From the IMG/VR virus record IMGVR_UViG_3300037264_005663, positions 1 to 54,940 of that record: a DNA stretch of 54,940 nt; one strand, given 5' to 3'. A program made the translations under genes and the position numbers. Positions within the stretch are counted from its first letter, which is position 1. Every line of letters begins with the position of its first letter. The stretch comes from a virus. Its lineage: Duplodnaviria > Caudoviricetes. Below are positions 1 through 8,302 of this stretch, piece by piece. Under the pieces are notes generated by a model. The model was not told the origin of the DNA, ran no database searches, and was given only the letters and a program-made list of their open reading frames with translations.

Positions 1-380
1 ACTACCATACGAAGCAAGAACGAATTCGTGTGGAGGAGGAGGTGAGATTTCAAGAACTCGCCCGCAAGAAAGCGGAGGGGGAGGCCCTCCTCGCAGCGCA
101 GGCGGCGGAGGACATGGGCGACGTGGCAGCAGCCGAAGAAATCCTGTCCGCTCCCGTCGTGCCGCGGATCGTGAAACTGGATTCTACCGTCCCTATGACT
201 CCCGGGCTGTCCATGACTGACACTTGGTCCTACCGCATCGTAAATATCGGGCAGATCCCGCGTGAGTATATGATGCCGGACGAGAAAAAGATTGGCGCCA
301 TGGTGCGCGCCAGCAAGGGGACTGTGGTGATTCCCGGAGTTGAAGTCGTGAAGGGAACGTCTGTCGCGCAGCGCTCGTAA
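1..380 (+). CDS. 5'-truncated phage protein (coiled coil plus IPREYMMPDEKKI...IPGV C-terminus)
   Basis: Frame is open from the window edge; C-terminal motif is typical of proteins in phage recombination/replication modules. Confidence 0.6.
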   Translation, partial: YHTKQERIRVEEEVRFQELARKKAEGEALLAAQAAEDMGDVAAAEEILSAPVVPRIVKLDSTVPMTPGLSMTDTWSYRIVNIGQIPREYMMPDEKKIGAMVRASKGTVVIPGVEVVKGTSVAQRS

Positions 381-385
381 CAATT

Positions 386-1459
386 ATGAGCATCCAAGCC
401 ATCGCCTGGGTATTTGAACGATCACCGAGCGTAGGGACAGAGCGTTTGGTGCTTTTGTCTATTGCCAACCACGTTGATCCAGACGGCGAAAATGCGTGGC
501 CCAAACTCGCAACCATCGCGGCGGAAGCCAACTGCTCGGTGAGAGTCGCACAACGAGCGATTCAGAGATTGGTAGAGCATGGCGAATTAGAAATCCATGG
601 GAGAGACCCCACATCGAGAGCAGATAGGGCGGGGCGGAAATTCAGAATGGCGCAATTCAATATATGGAGACGGGGTGACGCCGGAGACACCCCGCAACGG
701 AAACCAACCACCCAACCAGGGATTACTGACGAGATAATCGCCGCCATGGAACGGGGTGACGCCTATGACACCCCGCGCTTGGAACGGGGTGACGCCGAAA
801 GTATTGACGGGGTGACGCCGGTGGTAAGACGGGGTGACGCCGGTGGCGCTGGATTGCCTCGCGATATAAAGGAACGCGTGCGTCGGAGATCCGTCCCTAA
901 CCGTCCGGAACCGTCCGAAAGAAGCGCACCAGTGCGCCGTAAACGTTCAATCGGGGATCCAGCCCCACACGGATTCGACAAATTCTGGGAGGTCTGGGGC
1001 CGGCGCGAGGCGAAACTCGAAGCCATGAGGGCATGGGAGGAGCAGGGACTACATCTAAACCAGCAATTAGCCGCTCGAGTCGTATCGGCAGTAGAGGAGC
1101 AGGAACGCCGCGGGATGCTAGATTGGACGACTAGGGACCCCCGCACCAAACGTCTCCTAGTCCCACACCCTGCAACTTGGCTCCGCGGACAACGATGGGA
1201 GGACGAACCACCGAGATCGAAAGCCGAGAAACCACTACCACCGGAGCATCGCGCCCAACTCGATGCGTTGCGCCGCGAGAGCGAGCAACTTAGACTCGAG
1301 ATGTCGCGCCATGGAACAGGTGGTGTCTCACCTGAGGCACAGCAGAAGGTGACGGCTATCGTCTCGAGTATTAAAACCAAGATTCCGGATACGCCAACAC
1401 GCAACGCCGCGGAAGAAGTTGAACGTCTTAAACTCTGGGATAGGGACAGGACGAGATGA
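386..1459 (+). CDS. Replication initiator with N-terminal winged HTH (lambda O-like organisation)
   Basis: RLVLLSIANH..D..G..AWPKLATIA..ANCSVRVAQRAI..L HTH; C-terminal FDKFW..W...PHPATWLRGQRWEDE; internal iterons. Confidence 0.85.
   Translation: MSIQAIAWVFERSPSVGTERLVLLSIANHVDPDGENAWPKLATIAAEANCSVRVAQRAIQRLVEHGELEIHGRDPTSRADRAGRKFRMAQFNIWRRGDAGDTPQRKPTTQPGITDEIIAAMERGDAYDTPRLERGDAESIDGVTPVVRRGDAGGAGLPRDIKERVRRRSVPNRPEPSERSAPVRRKRSIGDPAPHGFDKFWEVWGRREAKLEAMRAWEEQGLHLNQQLAARVVSAVEEQERRGMLDWTTRDPRTKRLLVPHPATWLRGQRWEDEPPRSKAEKPLPPEHRAQLDALRRESEQLRLEMSRHGTGGVSPEAQQKVTAIVSSIKTKIPDTPTRNAAEEVERLKLWDRDRTR
670..841 (+). repeat. Iterons / probable replication origin
   Basis: ACGGGGTGACGCC at 670, 751, 784, 807 and 829; the first two are followed by an inverted half-site (CACCCCG). 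Confidence 0.8.
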
Positions 1460-1650
1460 TTGTGTTTGTTGTGCTGTGGTTGGCGATCACGGTAGCTCTC
1501 GGTTTGTTTCTTGTGGTTGTGGCTTCCGTGATGGAACGAAGCACTCAGCGCCAGATTCAGCGGGATTTGGTGGCCGAGGAATTGGAGGGGTTGCGCCTTT
1601 GGTGGGACTGGAGATATCCTAATTTGTGCGATCGTTCGAAGACGGAATAG
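1456..1650 (+). CDS. Small membrane protein
   Basis: N-terminal hydrophobic helix; ATGA overlap with the initiator stop. Confidence 0.6.
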   Translation: MIVFVVLWLAITVALGLFLVVVASVMERSTQRQIQRDLVAEELEGLRLWWDWRYPNLCDRSKTE

Positions 1651-1676
1651 ATCAACACCAGAACCAAGGAGAATTC

Positions 1677-2144
1677 ATGCAAGACGTCGAACGTTTCACC
1701 GGCAAAGAATCTATCACTCTTCGCGATGTCGTGGACTTCCTGAATGCCGCGCTGCAATCCGACCGGATCGGCATTAGCAACTTATTTCTGCGACGTGTCA
1801 CTGTCAACAGGACACTAGCGGAGCACCCGACGCTGCAGGTAGCACGCGAGCAGGGGAATTTCTACACCAGCCCGCTCGGGCTCCTCAATGGTCTGTTCGG
1901 TAGAGCTCCTGACGGTAAGGGCGCCATCTGGTACGATACCAACCAGGGCAGACTAGGTGAGGCCCGAATCGTCAGATTCTACGTCAGAGCGGAGCCGGCG
2001 AAACCGGCATCACCGGTCAAGGCTGCGGCGCCGGCGCCGAAGAAACCATCGCGCCGCGAGAAACCAAAGGCCACGGCGAATCGCGTTGTCAACGAGGCGC
2101 TTGCACCGAAGAAGCACAAGACCAAATCCACCGTGGAGGAGTAA
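1677..2144 (+). CDS. Hypothetical protein with basic C-terminal tail
   Basis: AAGGAG upstream of ATG; LGLLNGLFG motif. Confidence 0.6.
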   Translation: MQDVERFTGKESITLRDVVDFLNAALQSDRIGISNLFLRRVTVNRTLAEHPTLQVAREQGNFYTSPLGLLNGLFGRAPDGKGAIWYDTNQGRLGEARIVRFYVRAEPAKPASPVKAAAPAPKKPSRREKPKATANRVVNEALAPKKHKTKSTVEE

Positions 2145-2929
2145 TGGAACCCGAAGAACTCGTCTATCTCGCCTGTCCGTATTCACATGACGATCCGTCC
2201 GTTCGTATGTGCCGTTTCGTCACGGCCAGCTTGACCGCAGCCGATCTCATGCGCAAGGGCGAGTTGGTGTTTTCTCCAATCTCGCACGGCCACCCGATTG
2301 CCATGATGGGGTCGCTACCACTTGGATTCGACTATTGGGGACGACACAATCGAGCTGTTCTGTCGCGATGCTCGAAACTATATGTGCTCGAGATCGACGG
2401 GTGGGACAAATCAGTGGGTGTCGCAGCCGAGATCGATCTGGCGTGCCGGATGGGTATATTCACCGAGTTCATTCGTCCGCCCGTGGACCATTCACCTCCG
2501 TCGGCGGATGCCCCGTTTGATTTCCGCCGGCTGCAGAACGAAGTGCAGGAATGGGTGACGCGCAACTTCGGCGACAGCCCAGCGCACCGCCCGCTCCTCG
2601 GAGTAGCGGAGGAGGTGGGCGAACTCGCACTCGAGCACATGCAACACCTGGAGACGATTTTCCTGGGGCTGGTGCGCTCGACAGGGGAGTTGGCGCATTC
2701 GCAGCTCAAGCAGGAGCAGGGTGTGCGTGGGACAGCGGCGGAGCACGAGGAATTAGCCAGGGACGCCGTGGCAGATATCGTCGTCTTCCTGGCCGCATAT
2801 TGTACGGCGCGCGGGTTTGATTTTCAGGAGATAGTCGAGACGACGTGGACCAAAGTTCGCCAACGGGACTGGAAGCGCAACCCCAAGACTGGAGTGGCGC
2901 CGTTTATCGACGCTATGGGAGGTGCGTGA
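2144..2929 (+). CDS. DUF1937 (nucleoside 2-deoxyribosyltransferase-like) domain fused to MazG-like NTP pyrophosphohydrolase
   Basis: N-domain YLACPYSH...VFSPISHGH...DGWDKSVGVAAEI; C-domain LLGVAEEVGELA...DAVAD...RDW. Confidence 0.8.
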   Translation: MEPEELVYLACPYSHDDPSVRMCRFVTASLTAADLMRKGELVFSPISHGHPIAMMGSLPLGFDYWGRHNRAVLSRCSKLYVLEIDGWDKSVGVAAEIDLACRMGIFTEFIRPPVDHSPPSADAPFDFRRLQNEVQEWVTRNFGDSPAHRPLLGVAEEVGELALEHMQHLETIFLGLVRSTGELAHSQLKQEQGVRGTAAEHEELARDAVADIVVFLAAYCTARGFDFQEIVETTWTKVRQRDWKRNPKTGVAPFIDAMGGA

Positions 2930-3117
2930 TGGGGCACGCTTCTAACGTTCATCTTCCGCCGGAATCGGGGAAATATGAGGTCCGTTTCCGCGATTCGGGA
3001 ACGTGGTACGTGCGCTGGTGGAACGCCGAAGAGCAGCGCTGGTTGCTTGACGCCGGCGGCAGCCACGCGGCCTACGAACCGCGGATTGTGGTCGCGTGGA
3101 GGGAGGCGTCGGCGTGA
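2929..3117 (+). CDS. Small hypothetical protein
   Basis: GGAGG upstream; coupled to both neighbours. Confidence 0.55.
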   Translation: MGHASNVHLPPESGKYEVRFRDSGTWYVRWWNAEEQRWLLDAGGSHAAYEPRIVVAWREASA

Positions 3118-3740
3118 CGCCATACTATCAGGACGAATGGGCCACGATCTACCACGGGGACTGTAGGGAGGCGATGTCTGGGTTGGTGGCGGATGTTGTA
3201 GTGAGTGACCCGCCGTACGGATTAGGACTTGCTTCTTGGGATGAAGATGTGCCACCACAATCAGTTTTACAGCAATGTTTATCCGTTGCGTCTGGACCAT
3301 GCTTGTGGTTCGGCGCGGCGGTACCGCGCCGTTTGTTTGCTTTCGCCTCTTACGATCCTCCCCCCGATCTCTGTATCGTCTGGCACGCAACATTTTCTCT
3401 CGCTGCTACGGCTGCGCATGGCATGTATTACAGATGGCACCCCATCTGGCTATGGGCACGCGGCACCAAGATTGGATTAGAGCGTGATGTTATCGAGATA
3501 CCGTGTGATGGACACAACGGCTGGAGCCACCCGGGAACTAAGCCGCTTGCACTAATGAAGAGATTAGTGAAGGCGATAGAAGGCGGAACGATCCTCGACC
3601 CCTTCATGGGCTCCGGCACGACGTTGCGCGCCGCGAAAGACTTATGCCGCCGGTCCATCGGAATCGAGATTGAAGAGCACTACTGCGAGATCGCGGCACG
3701 ACGGTTGAGCCAAGAGGTGTTAGAGTTTGACCAAGCGTAA
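3114..3740 (+). CDS. Amino-DNA methyltransferase (N6-A/N4-C, beta class)
   Basis: IYHGDC, SDPPY, HPGTKP, LDPFMGSGTT, GIEIEEHYCEIA. Confidence 0.92.
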   Translation: MTPYYQDEWATIYHGDCREAMSGLVADVVVSDPPYGLGLASWDEDVPPQSVLQQCLSVASGPCLWFGAAVPRRLFAFASYDPPPDLCIVWHATFSLAATAAHGMYYRWHPIWLWARGTKIGLERDVIEIPCDGHNGWSHPGTKPLALMKRLVKAIEGGTILDPFMGSGTTLRAAKDLCRRSIGIEIEEHYCEIAARRLSQEVLEFDQA

Positions 3741-4194
3741 CCGCGGCATCCGCCTCACCGAACAAGAGCTGCGCGCCCTGATGACTCGCGGCTTCACGGT
3801 TAAGGGGTATGAGGTTGACGGCCGACGTCCTCCCTCCGGCTCGGAACTCGAGGTGATCAACAACACAGAACCCAAATTCAAGTCGCTGGAGGAGCGCGAT
3901 TACGCCGGACATCTTGGGGCGCTGGGTGAGCCATGGTTGTACGAACCACAGGGATTCAGCGTCGGGCTGGCCGGCAGATATTGGCCGGATTTCCGTCTGC
4001 GCGCCAACGGACGCGGGGGCTTTACATTCCACGAGGTCAAGGGTTCCACGAAGCGCGTCAGGTTCCTGCGGGCGCGGTCGCAACGTGGAATAGACAAAAT
4101 CCAGATTGCTGCGCTCCTGTTCCCTGAGCACGATTGGTTCCTGGTGCGGTGGGACGCCGCTAGGGAGTGGTGGGATGTCCAAGAAGTCAAGTAA
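3727..4194 (+). CDS. PD-(D/E)XK endonuclease (DUF1064-like)
   Basis: FKSLEE..Y, YEP..F, YWPDF, HEVKG. Confidence 0.75.
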   Translation: MTKRNRGIRLTEQELRALMTRGFTVKGYEVDGRRPPSGSELEVINNTEPKFKSLEERDYAGHLGALGEPWLYEPQGFSVGLAGRYWPDFRLRANGRGGFTFHEVKGSTKRVRFLRARSQRGIDKIQIAALLFPEHDWFLVRWDAAREWWDVQEVK

Positions 4195-4717
4195 GAAATC
4201 CAGGCCCGCTCCAGGTACACGACGAATAACAAAGAAACCCCCGGTAGCCGTGGTGAAGAAACGGCGGATAAAACCTAGGAGCCACGCGGCCAAGCCCGGG
4301 CAGCCGAAGGGACGCGGCCAGATCCCGGCGGTCCAGTCGGCGACCGCACGACAACCGCGGCGACAAATTCTACCACCTCCGGAAGATTGTGGTCCAATAA
4401 TCGAGTCCGCCCCTCCGATACCCGCGGAGCCACCTGCCTTGCCTCCGGTTCCACCCCCGGGCGCCGGCCGGCCCCACATGCCGCGGCTACCACAGAAGCC
4501 CTCCTGGCGGGACCCCGCGCGCCGGGCCAAAGCCGAGGAGCGCTTCCGGGCTGGAGGCGAGACTCCAGAAGATCGCGATGTCCTCCGCCGGTGGGGTATT
4601 TCGCGTCTGATGGTGGGCGGCAGATGGAAGAGTACCGAAGAGCCAGGAGAGCCACACATAGTCGAGGAGGAACGCCGGCACACGCCGCGCGTCAGGAGGG
4701 CGAGTGTCGCGAGGTAA
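4175..4717 (+). CDS. Basic proline-rich hypothetical protein
   Basis: ORF fills the gap between neighbours; low complexity. Confidence 0.5.
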   Translation: MSKKSSKKSRPAPGTRRITKKPPVAVVKKRRIKPRSHAAKPGQPKGRGQIPAVQSATARQPRRQILPPPEDCGPIIESAPPIPAEPPALPPVPPPGAGRPHMPRLPQKPSWRDPARRAKAEERFRAGGETPEDRDVLRRWGISRLMVGGRWKSTEEPGEPHIVEEERRHTPRVRRASVAR

Positions 4718-4824
4718 TGCTGGGCCCGGCGCCGCGTCAACCGGGGAGAAGGATCTGGTTGTGAACGCTCCCGACCTGCACGGGCGGTGTTCACAAGGGC
4801 AGGGAAGCCCACCCAGTAGATATC

Positions 4825-4854
4825 TTGACAGTGGGGGGCCAGTGGGGATAGAAT
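4825..4854 (+). promoter_or_regulatory. sigma70-type promoter
   Basis: TTGACA-N18-TAGAAT in an intergenic gap; 30/35 nt identical to the promoter at 50002-50036. Confidence 0.75.
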
Positions 4855-4876
4855 GGGGCACAACACCGGAGTGTTG

Positions 4877-5107
4877 ATGATTAGGAAGGCCACGATTGAT
4901 AAATGTCCGGCCACCGGGAAACCAATCCGCGTGGACGATCGTAGGATGTGGGCTTCAACTATGACGATCCCGAAGGCGGCAAGCGACCTCATCTGCATCA
5001 TCGAACGCGGGTCCGGACCACGGTTGTGTCCATATCAGCAAGGTTGTACGAAGACTATCGAGGGCAGGGTAGTTGACTGCCGCTGGGAGAGGCTTCATGA
5101 TGGATGA
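4877..5107 (+). CDS. Small Cys-containing protein
   Basis: First ORF after the promoter; GGAG upstream. Confidence 0.5.
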   Translation: MIRKATIDKCPATGKPIRVDDRRMWASTMTIPKAASDLICIIERGSGPRLCPYQQGCTKTIEGRVVDCRWERLHDG

Positions 5108-5300
5108 GTTGCGTCGCGTACATCTTCGTGGTGGACCATTCGACGGCGCCATTCGTGTAATTCCCGAGGGCGACAGGCTCCTCGTCGGTATCGAGCGCAA
5201 CGGTAAGAGGTTCACACTCACGTATGACAAAGTAGACGCGGTGACGGACACGGGGCTCGTGATGTTTCAATTCCGCGGGGAAACGACGAGTGGAGATTGA
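5097..5300 (+). CDS. Small GGPxDG-motif protein
   Basis: VHLRGGPFDG; similar proteins elsewhere in the window. Confidence 0.6.
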   Translation: MMDELRRVHLRGGPFDGAIRVIPEGDRLLVGIERNGKRFTLTYDKVDAVTDTGLVMFQFRGETTSGD

Positions 5301-5487
5301 TGTGGATGTTGCAAGACGTGTTGTCGATGCGCTCTGTCGTTCATATAATCTCGTGCTACACATCGACAGCACGCGTTCCATTCTGGCCGGCGAAACTGAA
5401 ATTAGCGAATCACCGCTTACCCGCGATTTAGAGCGGGCCAAGAACGAAATGCGAGAGACACTCGATCGAGATGGAGTCGCGTGGTAG
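5290..5487 (+). CDS. Hypothetical protein
   Basis: Co-oriented ORF filling the gap. Confidence 0.45.
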   Translation: MEIDVDVARRVVDALCRSYNLVLHIDSTRSILAGETEISESPLTRDLERAKNEMRETLDRDGVAW

Positions 5488-5514
5488 TCACAGAAGTACA
5501 GGGGGGATAACATT

Positions 5515-7137
5515 GTGCGGCGTATCGTACTGATTTCTGGTCCTGTCGGATCGGGGAAGACGACTCTGGCCGACAGACTAACGTCGAGCTTCCGTCTGCA
5601 GATGGTCAAGAGTCGCGATGTGATTCGGTCACTCGAAGATATGCACAGCAAGGGCCGCGGGCTATTCCAGGCGGCCGGCGACCGGTTGGACCAGCATACT
5701 TCTGGCGGATGGCTCGCGAGCTGGATCGCACAGCAGGACGAGGCTGTATCGGACTCCGCGGAGTTCGTAATCGATGCTGTGCGCACGAGTCCGCAGATCG
5801 AGGGCATCCGCGAGAGGTTCGGGTCGCGCGTCGTACACGTTCACCTCACTGCATCAGACGGCGCCCTAAAGCAGCGCTATGGTTCACGTCACAACCGCGA
5901 CGTGGACGAGATGTCTTCGTACGAAAAGGTCAAGGCCAATGCCACAGAGCGCAACATCGGCAATTTGGCGGTGATCGCCGATCTGGTGATCAACACGGAG
6001 CGCTCCACGCCTGAGGACGTCTTCATTCGTGTGGCTGCGGCACTCGGATATTTCGGGCGAGGGACCGACCGTCTGGTGGATGTACTGGTCGGAGGACAAT
6101 ACGGCAGCGAGGGTAAGGGGCATATCACGTCGTACATCTCCGGAGAATACGGAGTGCTCGTGCGCGTTGGTGGCCCCAATGCCGGCCACAGCGTCTACCT
6201 CGAGGATTCCAGCAAATACGCACATCACCACCTCCCGTCAGGGACGCTGCATTCCAGTGCGCGACTTGTACTGGGGCCAGGCGCCACACTCTACGTGCCG
6301 AAGCTGTTGCGCGAGATCGCCACATGTAAGGTTGGAACTTCGCGTCTCTCTATCGACCCGCAGGCCATGATCATAGAGGATGGGGATCGGAAGGCTGAAG
6401 ACCGCACGCTGAAGAAGAGCATCGCCTCGACCGCGCAGGGCGTAGGATTCGCCACCGCGCGCAAGGTGCTCCGCGGTGCATTCCCCAGCCGAGTCCCTGT
6501 TCGTCTCGCGAGGGACATCCCCGAACTGCGCCCGTTCTTGTGTGAGACTCGTCGCGTGTTGGACGACGCGTTCCGCACCGGGACACGTGTCCTCCTCGAG
6601 GGGACCCAGGGGACGGGGCTCAGCATCCATCACGGCAGTTATCCGCACGTGACATCCCGCGATACTACAGTAAGCGGGTGCCTAGCGGACGCCGGTATTC
6701 CGCCCAGCCGCGTGCGCAGGATCATGATGGTCTGTCGTTCGTACCCAATCCGCGTGCAGGATTCCGTAACCGGGCAGACGTCGGGTCCGATGAGCCAGGA
6801 TCTGTCGTACACCGAACTCAGCCGGCGCAGTGGTATTCCATTGAGCGAATTGAAGGCAACGGAAACCACCACCACCACCAAGCGGCAGCGCCGGCTGTCG
6901 GAATTCGATTGGAGACTGTTTAGGGTGGCAACTTCTCTGAACGGACCGACAGATATTGCACTCACCTTCGCTGATTATGTGAGGGTCGAGAATCGCCAGG
7001 CACAACGTTTCGAACAGCTGACGAGCGAGACCATCCGGTTCATCGAGGAACTCGAGCGGGTGTCTGGGGCTCCGGTTTCGCTCATTTCGACGCGTTTCGG
7101 GCCGCGCGCTATTATAGATCGCCGCAGGTGGTCGTAA
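5515..7137 (+). CDS. purZ: P-loop NMP-kinase-like domain fused to PurZ/PurZ0-like adenylosuccinate synthetase homologue
   Basis: N-terminal ISGPVGSGKTT and VIDAVR; then GGQYGSEGKG (Ser where PurA has catalytic Asp13), GGPNAGHS, EGTQG, YPHVTSRD, RSYPIRV, TTTTKRQRR, LTFAD. Confidence 0.8.
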   Translation: MRRIVLISGPVGSGKTTLADRLTSSFRLQMVKSRDVIRSLEDMHSKGRGLFQAAGDRLDQHTSGGWLASWIAQQDEAVSDSAEFVIDAVRTSPQIEGIRERFGSRVVHVHLTASDGALKQRYGSRHNRDVDEMSSYEKVKANATERNIGNLAVIADLVINTERSTPEDVFIRVAAALGYFGRGTDRLVDVLVGGQYGSEGKGHITSYISGEYGVLVRVGGPNAGHSVYLEDSSKYAHHHLPSGTLHSSARLVLGPGATLYVPKLLREIATCKVGTSRLSIDPQAMIIEDGDRKAEDRTLKKSIASTAQGVGFATARKVLRGAFPSRVPVRLARDIPELRPFLCETRRVLDDAFRTGTRVLLEGTQGTGLSIHHGSYPHVTSRDTTVSGCLADAGIPPSRVRRIMMVCRSYPIRVQDSVTGQTSGPMSQDLSYTELSRRSGIPLSELKATETTTTTKRQRRLSEFDWRLFRVATSLNGPTDIALTFADYVRVENRQAQRFEQLTSETIRFIEELERVSGAPVSLISTRFGPRAIIDRRRWS

Positions 7138-7467
7138 ATGTCCATGAAGTGCCAATGTTGGCGTTGTGTGGACCACGAATCCCAGCCGAGGCATCCGATC
7201 ATGATCTTCGCGCAGGACATGGAGTCATCACTCGCGAAACACGACGAGGAACGCGGACCGACTGGATGGCGTAATAAGTCGCTCGCGTTTCTGTTCTATC
7301 GGTTGCATCAGGAAGTGCTGGAGTTGCACGAGGTCATCCTGTCCGGCGACAGTAGGAACATCCGGAGCGAAGCGGTGGATGTGGCCAATTTCGCCATGAT
7401 GATCTCAGATATCCAGCCAATCGTTGCGCACGTCTGTGACAACCAGGTGGCGGAGTCAGATGATTGA
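7138..7467 (+). CDS. MazG-like all-alpha (d)NTP pyrophosphohydrolase
   Basis: RLHQEVLEL...EAVDVANFAMMI (ExxE...ExxD pattern); starts immediately after the purZ-like stop. Confidence 0.7.
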   Translation: MSMKCQCWRCVDHESQPRHPIMIFAQDMESSLAKHDEERGPTGWRNKSLAFLFYRLHQEVLELHEVILSGDSRNIRSEAVDVANFAMMISDIQPIVAHVCDNQVAESDD

Positions 7468-7499
7468 CTCCACAGAACACGCGGAGGCATGGTAAGGAC

Positions 7500-7676
7500 A
7501 TGACCACGAAGAGTGAGGACCGATTCCACGCCAAAGAAATCAAGCTCCGCGTGGAGCGCCCACATCACACTCTGTTTATCAAGGCGGCGAAGAACGCTGG
7601 GCTCAATTTGTCGGCGTGGATTCGTGCGCGCTTGCTCGATGCCGCCAGGAGAGAAACGAATGGTGGCGGCAGATGA
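7500..7676 (+). CDS. Ribbon-helix-helix DNA-binding protein
   Basis: IKLRV strand followed by KAAKNAGLNLSAWIR helices. Confidence 0.7.
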   Translation: MTTKSEDRFHAKEIKLRVERPHHTLFIKAAKNAGLNLSAWIRARLLDAARRETNGGGR

Positions 7677-7804
7677 TTCCTGGTGTCTTCGAGTGGTCGA
7701 TCTGGAAGCTGATCTGCGTGGCGATCGGACTCATCATCGGTGTGCGCCTCGGGGATCATCTCCATGATCTCGAACAGGGCATGATTCGCCGTGGGTGGTG
7801 GTGA
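7673..7804 (+). CDS. Small membrane peptide
   Basis: Hydrophobic stretch; ATGA overlap. Confidence 0.5.
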   Translation: MIPGVFEWSIWKLICVAIGLIIGVRLGDHLHDLEQGMIRRGWW

Positions 7805-7806
7805 GA

Positions 7807-7926
7807 ATGAAACGATACCTAGTGGTTCGAATCATCCTCGCTGTCGTCGTGGTCGGATTGCTGTTCCTCGTTTACCGCATCAATCCGGATGCCCTGAACC
7901 TTTTCTGGGCGTGCGAAGCTCGATGA
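7807..7926 (+). CDS. 39-aa membrane peptide (MKRYLVVRIILAVVVVGLLFLVYR...)
   Basis: Translated from the sequence; below the ORF-track cut-off. Confidence 0.5.
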   Translation: MKRYLVVRIILAVVVVGLLFLVYRINPDALNLFWACEAR

Positions 7927-8015
7927 AGGCGGCGTTGGTCTATCTGGTCGGCGCCGCAGTCGGAGCAGCGGTGTCCCTCACCCTGCTCATTCGCATCGGT
8001 CTCTTGCCTTGGTGA
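7923..8015 (+). CDS. 30-aa membrane peptide
   Basis: MKAALVYLVGAAVGAAVSLTLLIRIGLLPW; ATGA overlap. Confidence 0.45.
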   Translation: MKAALVYLVGAAVGAAVSLTLLIRIGLLPW

Positions 8016-8302
8016 GGGAGGTGGTCATCGTTGGACTCGAGTCTCCTTCCTGTGATTTGCGGCGTGGTGGTCGCCGTGATCGACATTTTCTGGTGGATTC
8101 GGTAGATCCACCATGACTCTTCGCCCCGCCTTCCTCGGTGCGCTCATCTTCGCATGCACGATGTCGAGTCGGGCGTGATCGAGGCGGCGGGGCGTTTCTC
8201 CCCTCTCATCGTAGCGGTGCATCGTGACGGTTGTGCTTATCGGTGCGCGAGCGGTGAGAGGGGAGAAGCGGCGGTAGTAGAGCCAATAACAAGGAGGGTG
8301 CG

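Noticed and set aside
670-841. Repeats as a CRISPR array
   Set aside because: 13-bp units with irregular spacing inside a coding gene and no cas genes; iterons explain them better.
5515-7137. Ordinary host purA
   Set aside because: The catalytic Asp is replaced by Ser, TKLD is replaced by TFAD, and the protein is kinase-fused in a phage context.
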